From a virus (Duplodnaviria; Caudoviricetes), in the IMG/VR virus record IMGVR_UViG_3300025789_000018: a stretch of DNA of 64,000 nucleotides; one strand, 5' to 3'. Shown piece by piece: positions 63,428 to 64,000 of this stretch (within the stretch, counting starts at the first letter, position 1; every line of letters begins with the position of its first letter). Under the pieces are notes generated by a model, which was not told the DNA's origin, searched no databases, and was given only the letters and a program-made list of their open reading frames with translations. Position numbers and translations under genes: made by a program.

Positions 63428-64000
63428 TTATGAGTTAGGGAATGTACCATTATCAGCAGCGTTTTCAGATACATATGGTGAAGTACCAGTTAGAGCAACT
63501 AGTGTTTCAACGTATGTACGACCAGAACGACCACCAAGTGTCACGTTGACTGGTGCACCTGAAGATGCTGCACCAAATGAACCAGCAAACGTAATGCCTG
63601 TACCTGTACCTGTACCACCGCTCGAATTTGAGTAAGTGAATACTAGGTTAGCAGTTGTTAGACCGTTTGTGAACAATCCTGGGTTTGTGATCGTGATGTT
63701 TGAGTTTGCAACTGAAGTTGATGTTAGGTTTGCAGTAGCAGCAACAATCTGACCAGATGATGCCATAGAAGCACTAGCAACGTTAACACTCTTAGTTACG
63801 ACATATGTTCCAGCACCACCAGCAGTACCTGATAGCTGTGCAAGGATCTGTGTACCTGTAGCAACGCCTGTACCAGTGATGATATTGCCGACTGTGATCG
63901 TACCTGTTACTGATGATGCAGTTAGGATACCATTAGCAATAACACCAGTGAATGATGCGAGAGCAAAAGTAGCAGTGACAGTAACAATATCACCAGCAAC
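63428..64000 (-). CDS. Structural protein (partial; reading frame continues past the window end)
   Basis: Frame open from 64000 (VAGDIVTVTATFALASFTG...) to stop 63428; C-terminal GR.GR...ETLVA motif. Confidence 0.7.
   Translation of the reverse strand, partial: VAGDIVTVTATFALASFTGVIANGILTASSVTGTITVGNIITGTGVATGTQILAQLSGTAGGAGTYVVTKSVNVASASMASSGQIVAATANLTSTSVANSNITITNPGLFTNGLTTANLVFTYSNSSGGTGTGTGITFAGSFGAASSGAPVNVTLGGRSGRTYVETLVALTGTSPYVSENAADNGTFPNS

Noticed and set aside
1-64000. Alternative genetic code (stop-codon reassignment)
   Set aside because: Core genes are full length under the standard code, and all three stop codons terminate genes

Overview
64 kb of a T4-like myovirus genome. 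An alphaproteobacterial host is inferred from a two-piece tmRNA, GANTC-bearing promoters and an OMP gene. 1-30.5 kb is the late tail/baseplate module: VrlC-like proteins, gp8, 7, 6, 25, two fibre/spike genes, gp5, a gp27-like hub, gp53, 48, 4, 2, 54, 26, 51 and two tape-measure-like genes with muralytic domains. 30.5-33 kb holds gp32, gp59, gp33 and a SleB-like hydrolase. 33.0-34.8 kb is an RNA locus that the ORF track cannot show: a permuted tmRNA interrupted near its 3' end by an inverted GIY-YIG endonuclease, plus three unidentified structured RNAs. 34.8-50 kb is an early accessory region built from repeated sigma70 promoter cassettes; ten carry a GANTC site exactly 8 nt from the -35 box. 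It also has an EcoRI-like nuclease/Dam-family methylase pair and three more inverted homing endonucleases. All four endonucleases share a covarying structured 5' leader. 50-64 kb holds an ATE/Bpt-like transferase, a GNAT, nrdB, nrdA, thyX, primase, a spanin cassette and structural genes. The strongest candidates for undescribed systems are the GANTC-positioned early promoters, the endonuclease leader motif and the tmRNA/ncRNA cluster. Protein calls rest on motif recognition and T4-like gene order; no database searches were run.
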